Source: Bacteroidota bacterium
GTDB taxonomy: Bacteria > Bacteroidota > Bacteroidia > Bacteroidales > GCA-2748055
NCBI GenBank assembly: GCA_051746185.1
Contig: JBNJEV010000007.1
Location: 26,451 to 90,450 of the forward strand
Reading direction: 5' to 3'
DNA length: 64,000 nt
The position numbers and the translations under genes are program-made. Positions 38,650 to 48,604 of this stretch are shown piece by piece. The notes beneath the pieces were generated by a model. It saw only the letters and a program-made list of their open reading frames with translations. It did no database searches and was not told the DNA's origin. The stretch's first letter is position 1. Each line of letters opens with the position of its first letter.

Positions 38650-41600
38650 TCAGGAAGAGGGTGAGAAATCCAGGCTGGCCATTCTTACATAGCTGTCATA
38701 ACGCCACTTCGCATTGGTCTGGGCAGCTTTGAAAAGCCTGGCAGCCTCATCCGGGAACGATTTCTTCAGAGAAGTATACCGCACCTCCGAATTCAAAAAC
38801 GACTGGAACTGATCCCAGTTGGGTTCTTTGGAATCCAGGGTCAGGGGATTTTTCCCTTCCTCTTCCAGCAGGGGATTATACCGGTACAGGTGCCAGTATC
38901 CGCTTTCCACGGCAAATTTCTCATGGCTTTGCGTTTTCTCCATCCCGGTTCTTATCCCGTGGTTGATACAGGGGGAATATGCAATGATCAGGGAGGGACC
39001 GGGATAGGCCTCGGCTTCTCTCACCGCTTTCAGATACTGTGACTGGTTGGCTCCCATGGCCACCTGTGCCACGTATACGTAACCATAGGTCATGGCCATC
39101 ATCCCCAGGTCTTTTTTACGGATCTTTTTCCCGGATGCCGCAAATTTTGCCACCGCCCCGGCCGGGGTCGATTTGGATGCCTGTCCCCCGGTATTGGAAT
39201 ATACCTCCGTATCCAGCACCAGGAGGTTCACATCATCTCCGGAAGCAATCACATGGTCCAGCCCTCCAAAACCAATATCATAGGCCCAGCCATCCCCTCC
39301 GATGATCCAGACCGATTTTTTCACCAGGTATTGCTTCAGCGATGTGATCTCCTTTGCGACATCATGGGACTCCTTTTCAAGCACCTCAAGCAGCCTGGCG
39401 GAGGCTTTCCTGGATGCATCCAGATCATACATGGAATCGATCCATTGCCCGAATGCCTCTTTGGTATCAGGCTTCACATCATCCATGGCCGCCTGCATGA
39501 TGTTCCGGATGTGTTCCCGGTTCTTGGTAATACCTGTTGCCAGTCCGTAACCGTACTCAGCATTATCTTCAAAAAGGGAATTGGCCCAGGCTACTCCGTG
39601 TCCGTTCTTGTTGGCGCTGTAAGGAGTTGATGGAGCGGAACCTCCGTAAATAGAGGAGCATCCGGTGGCATTGGCCACGATCATCTGGTCCCCGTAAAGC
39701 TGAGTGATCAGCTTGATATAAGGGGTTTCCCCGCAGCCGGGACATGCACCGTGGAATTCGAAAAGGGGCTGTGCAAACTGACTGTTCTTCACATTCTTTT
39801 TCTTGTCCGCCAGATGGTCCTTGTGCGAAACATTGTTGAACAGATAATCCCAGCGTGGGATCTCGTCCTTCTGTGTTTCCAGAGGCCTCATTTTCAAGGC
39901 CTTATTTTTGGTCGGACAAACCTCCACACAGTTATCGCAGCCGGTGCAATCCAGTACCGAGACCTGCAGCCTGTACTGCAGTCCCTTGAAATCTTTCCCG
40001 GTGGCATCAATGGTCACCGAATCTTCGGGAAGCCCTTTCATCTCCTCCTCATCCAGAAGGAATGGACGGATCACGGCATGGGGGCACACATAGGCACACT
40101 GGTTACACTGGATACAGTTTTCCGGGATCCACTCGGGAACATTCACCGCAATGCCCCGCTTTTCATAACGGGTGGTTCCGGGAGGAAAGGTACCGTCCTC
40201 ACGTCCCCTGAAGGCACTGACCGGGAGGTCATCTCCACGCTGGTGGTTGATGGGTTCTGCCACTTCTTTGACAAATTCAGGAAGATCACGTTCGTCCTTC
40301 TCCTCTTTCACTTCAACATTTGCCCACTCATCCGGGACCTCCACCCTGGTAACATCTCCGCCCTTCTCAATCGCGGCAAAGTTCATGTTGACCACCTCTT
40401 CCCCTTTTCTGCCAAAAGCCTTTTGAATGAACTTTTTCATTTCATCGACCGCATCTTCGTAAGGGATGATACTGGCAACCTTGAAGAAAGCCGACTGCAT
40501 GATGGTATTGGTCCTGGTCCCAAGTCCGATCTCCTGGGCCAGCTTGGTGGCATTGATGATATAGAAGTTGATCTTATGCTCTGCCATATACTTTTTCATA
40601 TGGCCGGGCAGATGTTCGATGGTCTCTTTTTCATCCCAGATGGAATTCAGGAGGAATGTTCCGCCGTCCTTAAGCCCCTTCAGCAGGTCGTATTTTTCCA
40701 GATATGCGGGGACATGGCAGGCAACAAAATCAGGGGTACCCACCAGGTAGGGAGAACGGATGGGGTGATCTCCGAACCTCAGATGGGAAGTGGTAAGACC
40801 TCCGGATTTTTTCGAGTCATAGGAAAAATAGGCCTGACAGTATTTATCGGTCGATTCCGCGATGATCATGATGGAATTCTTATTGGCTCCCACCGTACCA
40901 TCACCGCCGATTCCCCAGAACACACCTTCAAAGGTGCCTTCCTTGACCACTGAGATCTCTTCCTTCAGGGGCAGCGAGGTATAGGTAACATCGTCCACGA
41001 TCCCCACGGTGAACCTGTTCTTGGGCTCATTCTGCTTCAGGTTTTCGTAGACTGAAAAAATCATCGCAGGAGTGGTATTCTTTGAGGACAATCCGTAGCG
41101 TCCACCCACGATCAGCGGAGCATTTTCCTTCCCGTAGAACAGATCTTTTACATCCAGATAGAGAGGTTCTCCGTTGGCTCCGGGTTCCTTGGTCCGGTCA
41201 AGCACTGCGATCCTTTTCACCGAACCGGGAAGGGCTTTCATGAAGTACTTTTCCGAGAAAGGCCTGTAGAGGTGCACAGAGATCATGCCCACCTTCTCTC
41301 CCTTGTCGTTCAAATAGTCCACCACCTCCTTGATGGTTTCGGTTACCGAACCCATTGCGATCACGATATTTTCCGCATCTTCTGCTCCGTAATAATCAAA
41401 AGGATGGTATTCCCTCCCCGTGATTTTGGCGATCTCCTGCATATATTCTTCCACGGTATCGGGGATCACCTCATAAAAGGGATTGATGGCTTCCCTGGCC
41501 TGGAAAAAGATATCCGGGTTCTGTGCGGTTCCCCGGGTGACAGGATGCTCCGGATTGAGCGCATTGTCCCGGAAAGCCTGCAGGGCATCCCTGTCCACCA

Positions 41601-42186
41601 GTTTGGCCAGGGCATCCTGGTCAGGTGCCTCCGCCTTCTGGATCTCATGGGAGGTGCGGAATCCGTCGAAGAAGTGCAAAAATGGTAATTTCGTCTTAAT
41701 AGCCGCCAGGTGGGCCACACCGGCCAGGTCAAGGATTTCCTGCACCCCGCTGGTTGCCATCATGGCAAAACCGGTATTCCGCGTGGCCATCACATCACTG
41801 TGGTCACCGAAAATGGAAAGTGCCTGTGTTGCCACACTTCTGGCAGATACATGGAATACTCCGGGCAACAGTTCACTGGAGATCTTGAACATGTTGGGGA
41901 TCATTAACAACAGTCCCTGTGAAGCGGTGAAAGTGGAAGTAAGCGCTCCGCTCTGAAGGGAACCGTGAACCGCACCGGAGGCTCCTCCTTCGGATTGCAT
42001 CTCGGTCACCGTAACGGGTTCTCCAAAAATATTCTTTCTGCCGTGGGCAGACCACTCATCCACATGCTCGGCCATGTTTGAAGAGGGCGTAATGGGATAA
42101 ATGGCAGCTACCTCACTGAACATGTAGGCAACGTGGGCTGCTGCATAGTTGCCATCACATGTCAGATAATTCTTCTTTTTAGCCAT
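38650..42186 (-). CDS. nifJ: Pyruvate:ferredoxin (flavodoxin) oxidoreductase
   Basis: 1178 aa single-chain PFOR. Two ferredoxin clusters (CIQCNQCAYVCPH, CTGCDNCVEVCP) and a ThDP domain (GGDGWAYDIGFGGLDH). Confidence 0.95.
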   Translation of the reverse strand: MAKKKNYLTCDGNYAAAHVAYMFSEVAAIYPITPSSNMAEHVDEWSAHGRKNIFGEPVTVTEMQSEGGASGAVHGSLQSGALTSTFTASQGLLLMIPNMFKISSELLPGVFHVSARSVATQALSIFGDHSDVMATRNTGFAMMATSGVQEILDLAGVAHLAAIKTKLPFLHFFDGFRTSHEIQKAEAPDQDALAKLVDRDALQAFRDNALNPEHPVTRGTAQNPDIFFQAREAINPFYEVIPDTVEEYMQEIAKITGREYHPFDYYGAEDAENIVIAMGSVTETIKEVVDYLNDKGEKVGMISVHLYRPFSEKYFMKALPGSVKRIAVLDRTKEPGANGEPLYLDVKDLFYGKENAPLIVGGRYGLSSKNTTPAMIFSVYENLKQNEPKNRFTVGIVDDVTYTSLPLKEEISVVKEGTFEGVFWGIGGDGTVGANKNSIMIIAESTDKYCQAYFSYDSKKSGGLTTSHLRFGDHPIRSPYLVGTPDFVACHVPAYLEKYDLLKGLKDGGTFLLNSIWDEKETIEHLPGHMKKYMAEHKINFYIINATKLAQEIGLGTRTNTIMQSAFFKVASIIPYEDAVDEMKKFIQKAFGRKGEEVVNMNFAAIEKGGDVTRVEVPDEWANVEVKEEKDERDLPEFVKEVAEPINHQRGDDLPVSAFRGREDGTFPPGTTRYEKRGIAVNVPEWIPENCIQCNQCAYVCPHAVIRPFLLDEEEMKGLPEDSVTIDATGKDFKGLQYRLQVSVLDCTGCDNCVEVCPTKNKALKMRPLETQKDEIPRWDYLFNNVSHKDHLADKKKNVKNSQFAQPLFEFHGACPGCGETPYIKLITQLYGDQMIVANATGCSSIYGGSAPSTPYSANKNGHGVAWANSLFEDNAEYGYGLATGITKNREHIRNIMQAAMDDVKPDTKEAFGQWIDSMYDLDASRKASARLLEVLEKESHDVAKEITSLKQYLVKKSVWIIGGDGWAYDIGFGGLDHVIASGDDVNLLVLDTEVYSNTGGQASKSTPAGAVAKFAASGKKIRKKDLGMMAMTYGYVYVAQVAMGANQSQYLKAVREAEAYPGPSLIIAYSPCINHGIRTGMEKTQSHEKFAVESGYWHLYRYNPLLEEEGKNPLTLDSKEPNWDQFQSFLNSEVRYTSLKKSFPDEAARLFKAAQTNAKWRYDSYVRMASLDFSPSS

Positions 42187-42244
42187 GCTATTTTTTCTTA
42201 ATTATTTATACTACAAGTATTTAACTAAAATTGTCAGAGAGACT

Positions 42245-42252
42245 CAAAATTA
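42245..42252 (-). promoter_or_regulatory. Putative sigma-A -7 box (TAATTTTG)
   Basis: A perfect TAnnTTTG on the minus strand, about 60 nt upstream of the nifJ ATG. Confidence 0.35.
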
Positions 42253-42400
42253 GTAAAATCAGCTTAAATGTGATATGAATACCGTAATATAAAATAATTA
42301 CAAATAGCGGGCTATGCTCGACAACATCAGCACCGTTTTGCAATGACCTGAAGTGCCATCCGGGCACCTGAACTCTTTCGAAAAAGGACAGTGTGGATGG

Positions 42401-44164
42401 CTAACCGCTGTTCATGGAAATCAGGAATTCTTCGTTGGAGGAGGTCCTGCTCATCCGGTCCCTCAGGAACTCCATGGACTCCACCGAATTCATGTCGGAA
42501 AGATAATTGCGCAGTATCCAGATCTTGTCCATCATGGGCTTTTCCAGGAGCAGCTCTTCTCTCCGTGTGCTGGAGGGGTTCACATCCACTGCCGGGTAAA
42601 CACGTTTGTTGGAAAGTTTCCTGTCAAGCTGCAATTCCATGTTCCCGGTTCCCTTGAACTCCTCAAAGATCACATCATCCATCTTGGAACCGGTCTCCGT
42701 AAGTGCCGTGGCCAGGATGGTAAGGGATCCTCCGTGTTCGATGTTCCTTGCAGCACCGAAGAACCTTTTGGGCCGGTGCAGTGCGTTGGCGTCCACACCA
42801 CCTGAAAGCACTTTCCCCGAAGCCGGAGAGATCGTATTATATGCCCTGGCCAGCCGCGTGATTGAATCCAGCAGGATCACCACATCATGCCCGCATTCCA
42901 CGAGCCTCTTGGCCTTGTCCAGAACGATATTGGCAATCCTGACATGCCGTTCTGCAGGTTCATCAAATGTGGATGAAATGACTTCGGCATTCACATTCCT
43001 GGCCATGTCGGTGACCTCTTCAGGCCGTTCATCGATGAGCAGCACGATCATGTATACCTCGGGATGGTTGGCAGCGATGGCATTGGCGATATCCTGCAGC
43101 AGTACCGTCTTACCCGTCTTGGGCTGGGCAACGATCAGTCCGCGCTGTCCTTTTCCGATGGGCGAAAACATATCCACCACACGTACGGAGAGATTGTTTT
43201 GACCGTTTCCCACCAGCGTGAATTTGTTGTCCGGGAAAAGTGGTGTCAGATAATCAAAGGGAACCCGGTCACGGATGTAATCCGGACTCCTGCCATTGAT
43301 CTCCTCTACCTTGATAAGTGGAAAGTATTTTTCCCCTTCCTTGGGAGGACGGATGGTCCCTTTCACATTGTCGCCCGTCTTCAGTCCGAAAAGCTTGATC
43401 TGGCTCTGGGACACATAGATATCATCCGGTGAATTGAGATAATTATAATCGGCCGATCTGAGGAAACCATATCCGTCGGGCATAATTTCCAGGACTCCAG
43501 AATTGGTGATCAGTCCCTCGAAATCGTATTTATCGACCTCCCGTCTCTGCTCGTGAGGTTTTTTATATCCGGGACGGTCGGACCGGTCTGGGCGTTCCCC
43601 CCTTTCTCCTTGGTCTCCACGATCGGAACGTTCGGGCCGCTCGGTACGCTGGGGCCGTTCGGTACGCTGGGGTCGCTCGGTACGCGGGGGTCGCTCGGTA
43701 CGCGGGGGTCGCTCTCCCCTGCTTTGTGACTGCCCACGCTGGTGACTCTCATCCTCTTTGCGGGGACGCTCAGGTTGCCGGGTTTTCTCTTCCCCGGGAT
43801 TGGTCCCTGCTGCCTCGGCAGGTTCAGGTTCTTTCTGTGAACCTCTCTTTGCCGGACCGGCTTCTGCAGGCACTGTCCCGGCCTGCTTCTGTTTTTCAGA
43901 ATCCCGTTTTTTCTCTTTTTTGGGACGTCCGGGCTTCTTTTTTGAATCGGCGGATGCTTTTTCCGCACCGGCCGGTGATTTCTCCTTTTTGTTTTCCTCC
44001 TTCTTCGAGGATTTGTTTCCCGAAGCCACAATGGCCTGGGTATCCAGGATCTTATAGATCAGGTCTTGCTTCCTGTAGGATTCTACACGTTTGATCTTCA
44101 GTTCCTTGGCAATATCCCGCAACTCAGCGAGAAGCTTTTTGTTTAATTCAAGAATATCGTACAT
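42401..44164 (-). CDS. rho: Transcription termination factor Rho with a ~170-aa disordered N-terminal insertion
   Basis: Track ORF trimmed to the ATG at 44164 ([22 protein letters not shown]). Walker A is PKTGKT, followed by a RecA-type core. Residues ~60-235 are Lys/Glu/Pro/Arg-rich low complexity. Confidence 0.95.
   Translation of the reverse strand: MYDILELNKKLLAELRDIAKELKIKRVESYRKQDLIYKILDTQAIVASGNKSSKKEENKKEKSPAGAEKASADSKKKPGRPKKEKKRDSEKQKQAGTVPAEAGPAKRGSQKEPEPAEAAGTNPGEEKTRQPERPRKEDESHQRGQSQSRGERPPRTERPPRTERPQRTERPQRTERPERSDRGDQGERGERPDRSDRPGYKKPHEQRREVDKYDFEGLITNSGVLEIMPDGYGFLRSADYNYLNSPDDIYVSQSQIKLFGLKTGDNVKGTIRPPKEGEKYFPLIKVEEINGRSPDYIRDRVPFDYLTPLFPDNKFTLVGNGQNNLSVRVVDMFSPIGKGQRGLIVAQPKTGKTVLLQDIANAIAANHPEVYMIVLLIDERPEEVTDMARNVNAEVISSTFDEPAERHVRIANIVLDKAKRLVECGHDVVILLDSITRLARAYNTISPASGKVLSGGVDANALHRPKRFFGAARNIEHGGSLTILATALTETGSKMDDVIFEEFKGTGNMELQLDRKLSNKRVYPAVDVNPSSTRREELLLEKPMMDKIWILRNYLSDMNSVESMEFLRDRMSRTSSNEEFLISMNSG
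43629..43716 (-). repeat. 18-bp in-frame tandem repeat (about 5 copies) inside the rho insertion
   Basis: TCGGTACGC recurs at 43641, 43659, 43677 and 43695 (period 18). It encodes [30 protein letters not shown]. Confidence 0.7.
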
Positions 44165-44300
44165 AATGATTATAAGGTAATGAATGAACCCTGTTCTTAC
44201 AGGGGAATTTATATCAAGTTTATTGGAATAAAATAGAGTGGAACAATCGTTCGCTCGAATGGAATTATGTTGCAATATTAAGAGAAATATGCAGAACTAC

Positions 44301-44308
44301 CAAAAATA
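44301..44308 (-). promoter_or_regulatory. Possible rho promoter -7 box (TATTTTTG)
   Basis: A perfect TAnnTTTG on the minus strand, about 137 nt upstream of the rho ATG. This implies a long leader. Confidence 0.3.
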
Positions 44309-44456
44309 AATGATAAGAATACCGAACTGTTTGGTATCAAAGATCAATTCATATATCTTTAGGCACTTTTGTAACAGATCAAACTTTCGTTCTTTAAATT
44401 ATTGTAAACCTGAATGTTGTGAAATTCAACTAAAATAAAGACTTAAGAATCTGTAA

Positions 44457-44480
44457 CTTATGTGTCCGATGGCACATAAG
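44457..44480 (+). promoter_or_regulatory. 8-bp perfect inverted repeat upstream of rpoD
   Basis: CTTATGTG-N8-CACATAAG, 88 nt upstream of the rpoD ATG. It could be an operator or a 5'-UTR hairpin. Confidence 0.3.
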
Positions 44481-44567
44481 GAGATACACCGATACCTGTA
44501 ACCCTCCTGATTTATGTAACCTAATTGCATTTTTTTTCGTATAACGAAACCCGGAGCCCTAAAGGAA

Positions 44568-45431
44568 ATGAGACAGCTTAAGATCATCAAGCAGGTTACC
44601 AACCGTGAAACACCATCTCTTGACAAGTACCTCCATGAGATTGGCAAGGTGGACCTGATTTCGGCGGAAGAAGAGGTTGAACTGGCCAGACGGATCAAAA
44701 AAGGAGATCAGGTTGCCATGGAAAAACTGATCAAGGCCAATCTTCGGTTTGTGGTCTCTGTTTCCAAACAATATCAGAATCAGGGATTGAGCCTGCCCGA
44801 TCTGATCAATGAGGGAAACCTGGGCCTGATCAAAGCAGCACAGCGATTTGATGAAACCCGTGGCTTCAAATTCATCAGCTATGCGGTCTGGTGGATCAGG
44901 CAATCCATCCTGCAGGCACTTGCAGAACAGGCACGCATCGTACGTCTCCCCCTCAACAAGATCGGGTCCATCAATAAGATCAACAAGACCTTTGCCGAAC
45001 TGGAACAGAAATTCGAGCGCGAGCCCACGGTCCTGGAGATTGCCCAGACCCTGGAGCTGGCTCCGGAGGATGTGAAGGATGCCATCCGCAGTTCGGGGAG
45101 GCACGTTTCCATGGATGCACCCCTGCAGGACGGAGAGGACGGGAATATGTATGATGTGCTGCTGAACGGGGAAACACCCACTCCCGACCGGGGACTGCTC
45201 AACGATTCACTGCGGAAGGAGATCGAACGGGCGCTGAGTACGCTCACTTACCGCGAGGCCAGCATCATCCGCCTCTATTTCGGGCTCAATGGAAAACATC
45301 CCCATACCCTGGAAGAGATCGGTGAAGAGTTCAATCTTACCAGGGAACGGGTCCGTCAGATCAAGGAAAAGGCCATCAAGCGGCTCAAGCACACCACGAG
45401 GAGCAAGATTCTGAAGAGTTACCTGGGGTAG
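44568..45431 (+). CDS. rpoD: Primary RNA polymerase sigma factor (Bacteroidota-type sigma-A)
   Basis: 287 aa. Region 2 is [12 protein letters not shown]...[13 protein letters not shown]...[11 protein letters not shown] and region 4 is [21 protein letters not shown]. Confidence 0.95.
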   Translation: MRQLKIIKQVTNRETPSLDKYLHEIGKVDLISAEEEVELARRIKKGDQVAMEKLIKANLRFVVSVSKQYQNQGLSLPDLINEGNLGLIKAAQRFDETRGFKFISYAVWWIRQSILQALAEQARIVRLPLNKIGSINKINKTFAELEQKFEREPTVLEIAQTLELAPEDVKDAIRSSGRHVSMDAPLQDGEDGNMYDVLLNGETPTPDRGLLNDSLRKEIERALSTLTYREASIIRLYFGLNGKHPHTLEEIGEEFNLTRERVRQIKEKAIKRLKHTTRSKILKSYLG

Positions 45432-45446
45432 TCTGTATCAGGATCA

Positions 45447-46175
45447 CTAGTCCCTTTTTATAATGTCTCCCGCGCTGGAGCTGCTGGAGCGGATCACCCG
45501 GGCATCACCCATGTAATAAATATTCCCGGCACTGGAAGCATTCATGGAGATCTCTTCCGCGGCGTGGACCCGGGCATCCCCGGCACTCGAAACGCTCACT
45601 TTCACTTTTTCAGCGATCAGATCGAAGGCATGAAGATCACCTGCACTGCTCATGGACACATCAAGCGTTTCTGCAGATCCGGACAGTCTGGCATCACCGC
45701 TCGAACTGATCTCCACATCGATCGCTTCAGCATCCACCTCCAGGGTAAGATCCCCTGCACTGCTGATCTCCAGTTCCAGGTCATCACATTCAAAAGGTGT
45801 CTGACCCTCACAATCGCCGGCACTGCTGATCTTCAGCCCGGTCAGCCGGGGAAGGGTCACACGGACGATCTTTGATCTGGCACGCCTGATCCCGTAACGG
45901 CCGGTCCCCACCACCAGCATTTTTCCCCTTACCTCGGTCTCGATCACATCCATCAGGTTCTCATCCGCTTCCACCCTGACTTCAAAATCATCACCCTGAC
46001 TGAGATACACATCGATGCCCGAGCTTACATGGACCCCTGTGAAGCCGGAAATGTCCCGTACCTGTTCGGTGACATTCCCGTTGCCGGTCACTCCCTGGCC
46101 CCACCCGTCATAATAAATACAGGAAACGGGAATCAGGGCAAGGAGAAGCAATGATAAAATGGTTATTCTGTTCAT
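45447..46175 (-). CDS. DUF2807 / head GIN domain protein (putative exported beta-helix)
   Basis: 242 aa with a signal peptide. The motif SSAGD/SSSGD recurs about every 20 residues. Confidence 0.8.
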   Translation of the reverse strand: MNRITILSLLLLALIPVSCIYYDGWGQGVTGNGNVTEQVRDISGFTGVHVSSGIDVYLSQGDDFEVRVEADENLMDVIETEVRGKMLVVGTGRYGIRRARSKIVRVTLPRLTGLKISSAGDCEGQTPFECDDLELEISSAGDLTLEVDAEAIDVEISSSGDARLSGSAETLDVSMSSAGDLHAFDLIAEKVKVSVSSAGDARVHAAEEISMNASSAGNIYYMGDARVIRSSSSSAGDIIKRD

Positions 46176-46240
46176 CTGTACAAGTTTTATGGTACAACTG
46201 GTTTTTCCCTATGTAATGAGACGCATGAGGTGATCAAATG

Positions 46241-47428
46241 TTACTCCACATGCAGGACAAGTCCTTTCAGATATTCCCCTTCGGGATGGAAGATGCTGAT
46301 GGGATGGTCCGGGGGCTGGGAAAGCTGGTACAGGATGCGGACCCTGCGACCGGCATTGGCAGCTGCCGCGAAAACCGACTTTTTGAAATTTTCCCGGCTC
46401 ACGGCCTGGGAGCAGCTGAAAGTAAACAGGATCCCGTCCTGTGCGATCTGCTCCAGGGCCCGCTGGTTGATCCGCTTGTAACCCTGCAGGGCATTGGACA
46501 ATACATGCTGGTGTTTGGCAAATGCGGGAGGATCCAAAATGATCTGATCATACGACAGGCCGGACTCCCGGAAAAATCTGAACGCATCCGCGGCGAACGC
46601 TTCATGCCGCTGATCACCCGGAAAATTGATCTCCATGTTCCGGCCGGCGAGTTCAACAGCCCGGCCGGAGCTGTCCACTGTATGGACCAGGCTGGCACCA
46701 CCACCCATCGCATAGACACTGAAACCTCCCGTGTATCCGAACATGTTCAGAACCTTTTTTCCGGCCGCCCATCTTCCCAGCAGTTCACGGTTTTCGCGCT
46801 GGTCGATATAAAATCCGGTTTTCTGTCCCTCCACCCAGTCCACCGTGAATGTATACCTGTTTTCCAGCACCTCTGCTCCGGATACGCTGCCCTTCAGGAA
46901 TCCCGAACGATTACTGATCCCGGGTCTGTCAGGGAGGGTTCCTTCGCTTTTATGATAAATGGTATGTAGCCTGCCTTCTGCCGTTTTTACCAGCGAATCG
47001 GTAATAGCCTGAAGGTTGCGGAACATCCCCACCGAATGCAACTGCACCACGGCCGCACCCCCATAATAATCCACGATCAGTCCGGGCAGATGATCCCCCT
47101 CGGAATTGATCCATCTGAAGATACCGGTATGTTCACTCCCTGCCAGTCCCAGCTCTTTCCTGAGATTCCATGCCTGGCCCACGCACCGGTCCCAGAAATC
47201 CCGGTTCAGCTCTTCCCTGCGGAAACTCAGGACCCTCACAGCAATGGAACCTTCCTGAAAATGGCCCCTGGCCAAAAACTCATCCTTATTGTCAAAAACA
47301 TCCACCAGCGCTCCTTCCCTGGCCGGACCATGGATCTTTTTGATGGCACCTGAAAAGACCCAGGGGTGAAAACGCCTCAGGGACTGATCCTTTCCGGATT
47401 TCAAAATGATCTTAACGGGTTCGGCCAT
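46241..47428 (-). CDS. rlmI: Class I SAM-dependent 23S rRNA (cytosine-C5) methyltransferase, RlmI-like
   Basis: 395 aa. N-terminal PUA-like region (RFHPWVFSGAI), a SAM-binding motif (VLNMFGYTGGFSV) and DPPAF. Confidence 0.85.
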   Translation of the reverse strand: MAEPVKIILKSGKDQSLRRFHPWVFSGAIKKIHGPAREGALVDVFDNKDEFLARGHFQEGSIAVRVLSFRREELNRDFWDRCVGQAWNLRKELGLAGSEHTGIFRWINSEGDHLPGLIVDYYGGAAVVQLHSVGMFRNLQAITDSLVKTAEGRLHTIYHKSEGTLPDRPGISNRSGFLKGSVSGAEVLENRYTFTVDWVEGQKTGFYIDQRENRELLGRWAAGKKVLNMFGYTGGFSVYAMGGGASLVHTVDSSGRAVELAGRNMEINFPGDQRHEAFAADAFRFFRESGLSYDQIILDPPAFAKHQHVLSNALQGYKRINQRALEQIAQDGILFTFSCSQAVSRENFKKSVFAAAANAGRRVRILYQLSQPPDHPISIFHPEGEYLKGLVLHVE

Positions 47429-47444
47429 GGCAAATCAGGGTATA

Positions 47445-48020
47445 TTAAATGGAATCCCGGAGCCTCTGATAGATCTCCAGGCAGATCCAGGCATCGGTGG
47501 CAGCATACCGCATCTGGGCTTCGGTCAGCTCTTCGGCATCCCAGTTGGAAACCTGTTGTGATTTGGAAATACGGTGACCCAGAACGATCCCCGCCAGTTT
47601 TTTCAATCCTTTTTCTTCGATCCGGAATGCTTCCACATAGTCCTGAAGATCCAGAAAACCGGCAGGATTGAAACGCACATCTCCGGTAAGCCTTCTCAGG
47701 TCATCCTTCAGCCCCAATCCCACCTTCACCGGTTCCTCGCCGGAGAAAAGAGCCTTCAGTCCGTCCGGGTATCCGATCCTGTTGACCCTGATCAGCCAGA
47801 CACAATGGGGAGCGGCCAGCTGTACCAGGGAGGTCGGATATACCCTTCCCTTTCTGAAGGAAGGTCTGGTCTCCGTATCAAACCCCAGCACCGGTTCCCT
47901 TTTTATCGAACCGATCTCCATCCGGAGAGCTTCCGCGGAATCGATCAGGCAGATGGGCCCCTCATACCGGATCAGATCCAGTTGTGCAATCTCTTCTTTG
48001 CTGATCTCTTTCTGAAACAT
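47445..48020 (-). CDS. 3'-5' exonuclease, DnaQ-like RNase D/WRN-exonuclease family
   Basis: 191 aa. ExoI is LGFDTET, ExoII is VGLGLKDDL and ExoIII is YAATDAWICLEIY. Confidence 0.85.
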   Translation of the reverse strand: MFQKEISKEEIAQLDLIRYEGPICLIDSAEALRMEIGSIKREPVLGFDTETRPSFRKGRVYPTSLVQLAAPHCVWLIRVNRIGYPDGLKALFSGEEPVKVGLGLKDDLRRLTGDVRFNPAGFLDLQDYVEAFRIEEKGLKKLAGIVLGHRISKSQQVSNWDAEELTEAQMRYAATDAWICLEIYQRLRDSI

Positions 48021-48026
48021 GAAAAA

Positions 48027-48578
48027 TCATGGTTGTGTATCCGTATCGGTTCCGCTCACATAAAGCTGGTGCAGTGCGGCCAGCGAACGCAGCAGCTTGA
48101 TCCCCCAGTGCTCGCCGAAACGCTCCTTCACCTCCCATGCCGCATCGTTCATCAGCTCTTCTATTCCACGTCCGTAAACGGACGTAAAGTCCCTCAGTTC
48201 CTGGTAAATATCCGCCATATCCTCGGAAATGGTCTGGGTGACCAGCTCGGAACGGTCGAATTCATCCTCACCGGCCGGACGAAGATAATCATTGTGCGGC
48301 CCGAGCAGAGCGGTGATCCGCTGATCGATCATGTTCCACTCCATTTCGGTCACCGTGGCATCCAGCGAGGAATCTTCATCCACCGGTTCGGTATCCCCTA
48401 TCCTGATCACAGCTGAATAGACCCGGGAGAGGAGAAAAACAGCACGTTCGATCAGCAGTCGCTCGTCCACCTTGCCAGGCTGCTCCAGGAAATGGCAATA
48501 CTCGTTGGCGGATGTCACAAATTCCACCATTTCTGCGGAATAGACAAATGAATGGAGATGAGGATACCCGGTTTGCAT
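48027..48578 (-). CDS. DUF5063 domain protein
   Basis: Track ORF 48677 trimmed to the ATG at 48578, because the longer form overlaps the recQ end. FVYSAEMVEFVTSANEYCHFLEQ matches the DUF5063 N-terminal pattern. Confidence 0.6.
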   Translation of the reverse strand: MQTGYPHLHSFVYSAEMVEFVTSANEYCHFLEQPGKVDERLLIERAVFLLSRVYSAVIRIGDTEPVDEDSSLDATVTEMEWNMIDQRITALLGPHNDYLRPAGEDEFDRSELVTQTISEDMADIYQELRDFTSVYGRGIEELMNDAAWEVKERFGEHWGIKLLRSLAALHQLYVSGTDTDTQP

Positions 48579-48604
48579 CCGGCAAAGATAATAAAACCGT
48601 CCGA

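Noticed and set aside
39751-40953. A 400-aa ORF on the plus strand, one of many long ORFs antisense to real genes. Others include 26402-27370, 27979-28923, 6156-6947, 9783-10484, 8943-9701, 46238-46969, 47574-48416, 55549-56292, 60634-61293 and 61303-61971.
   Set aside because: Each lies entirely inside and antisense to a gene with unmistakable family motifs (PFOR, ilvB, ilvD, HTCS, BNR protein, rlmI, recG and so on). Their translations are low-complexity (Gly/Pro/His/Arg-rich) with no recognisable motifs. They are shadow ORFs produced by the codon bias of the sense gene.
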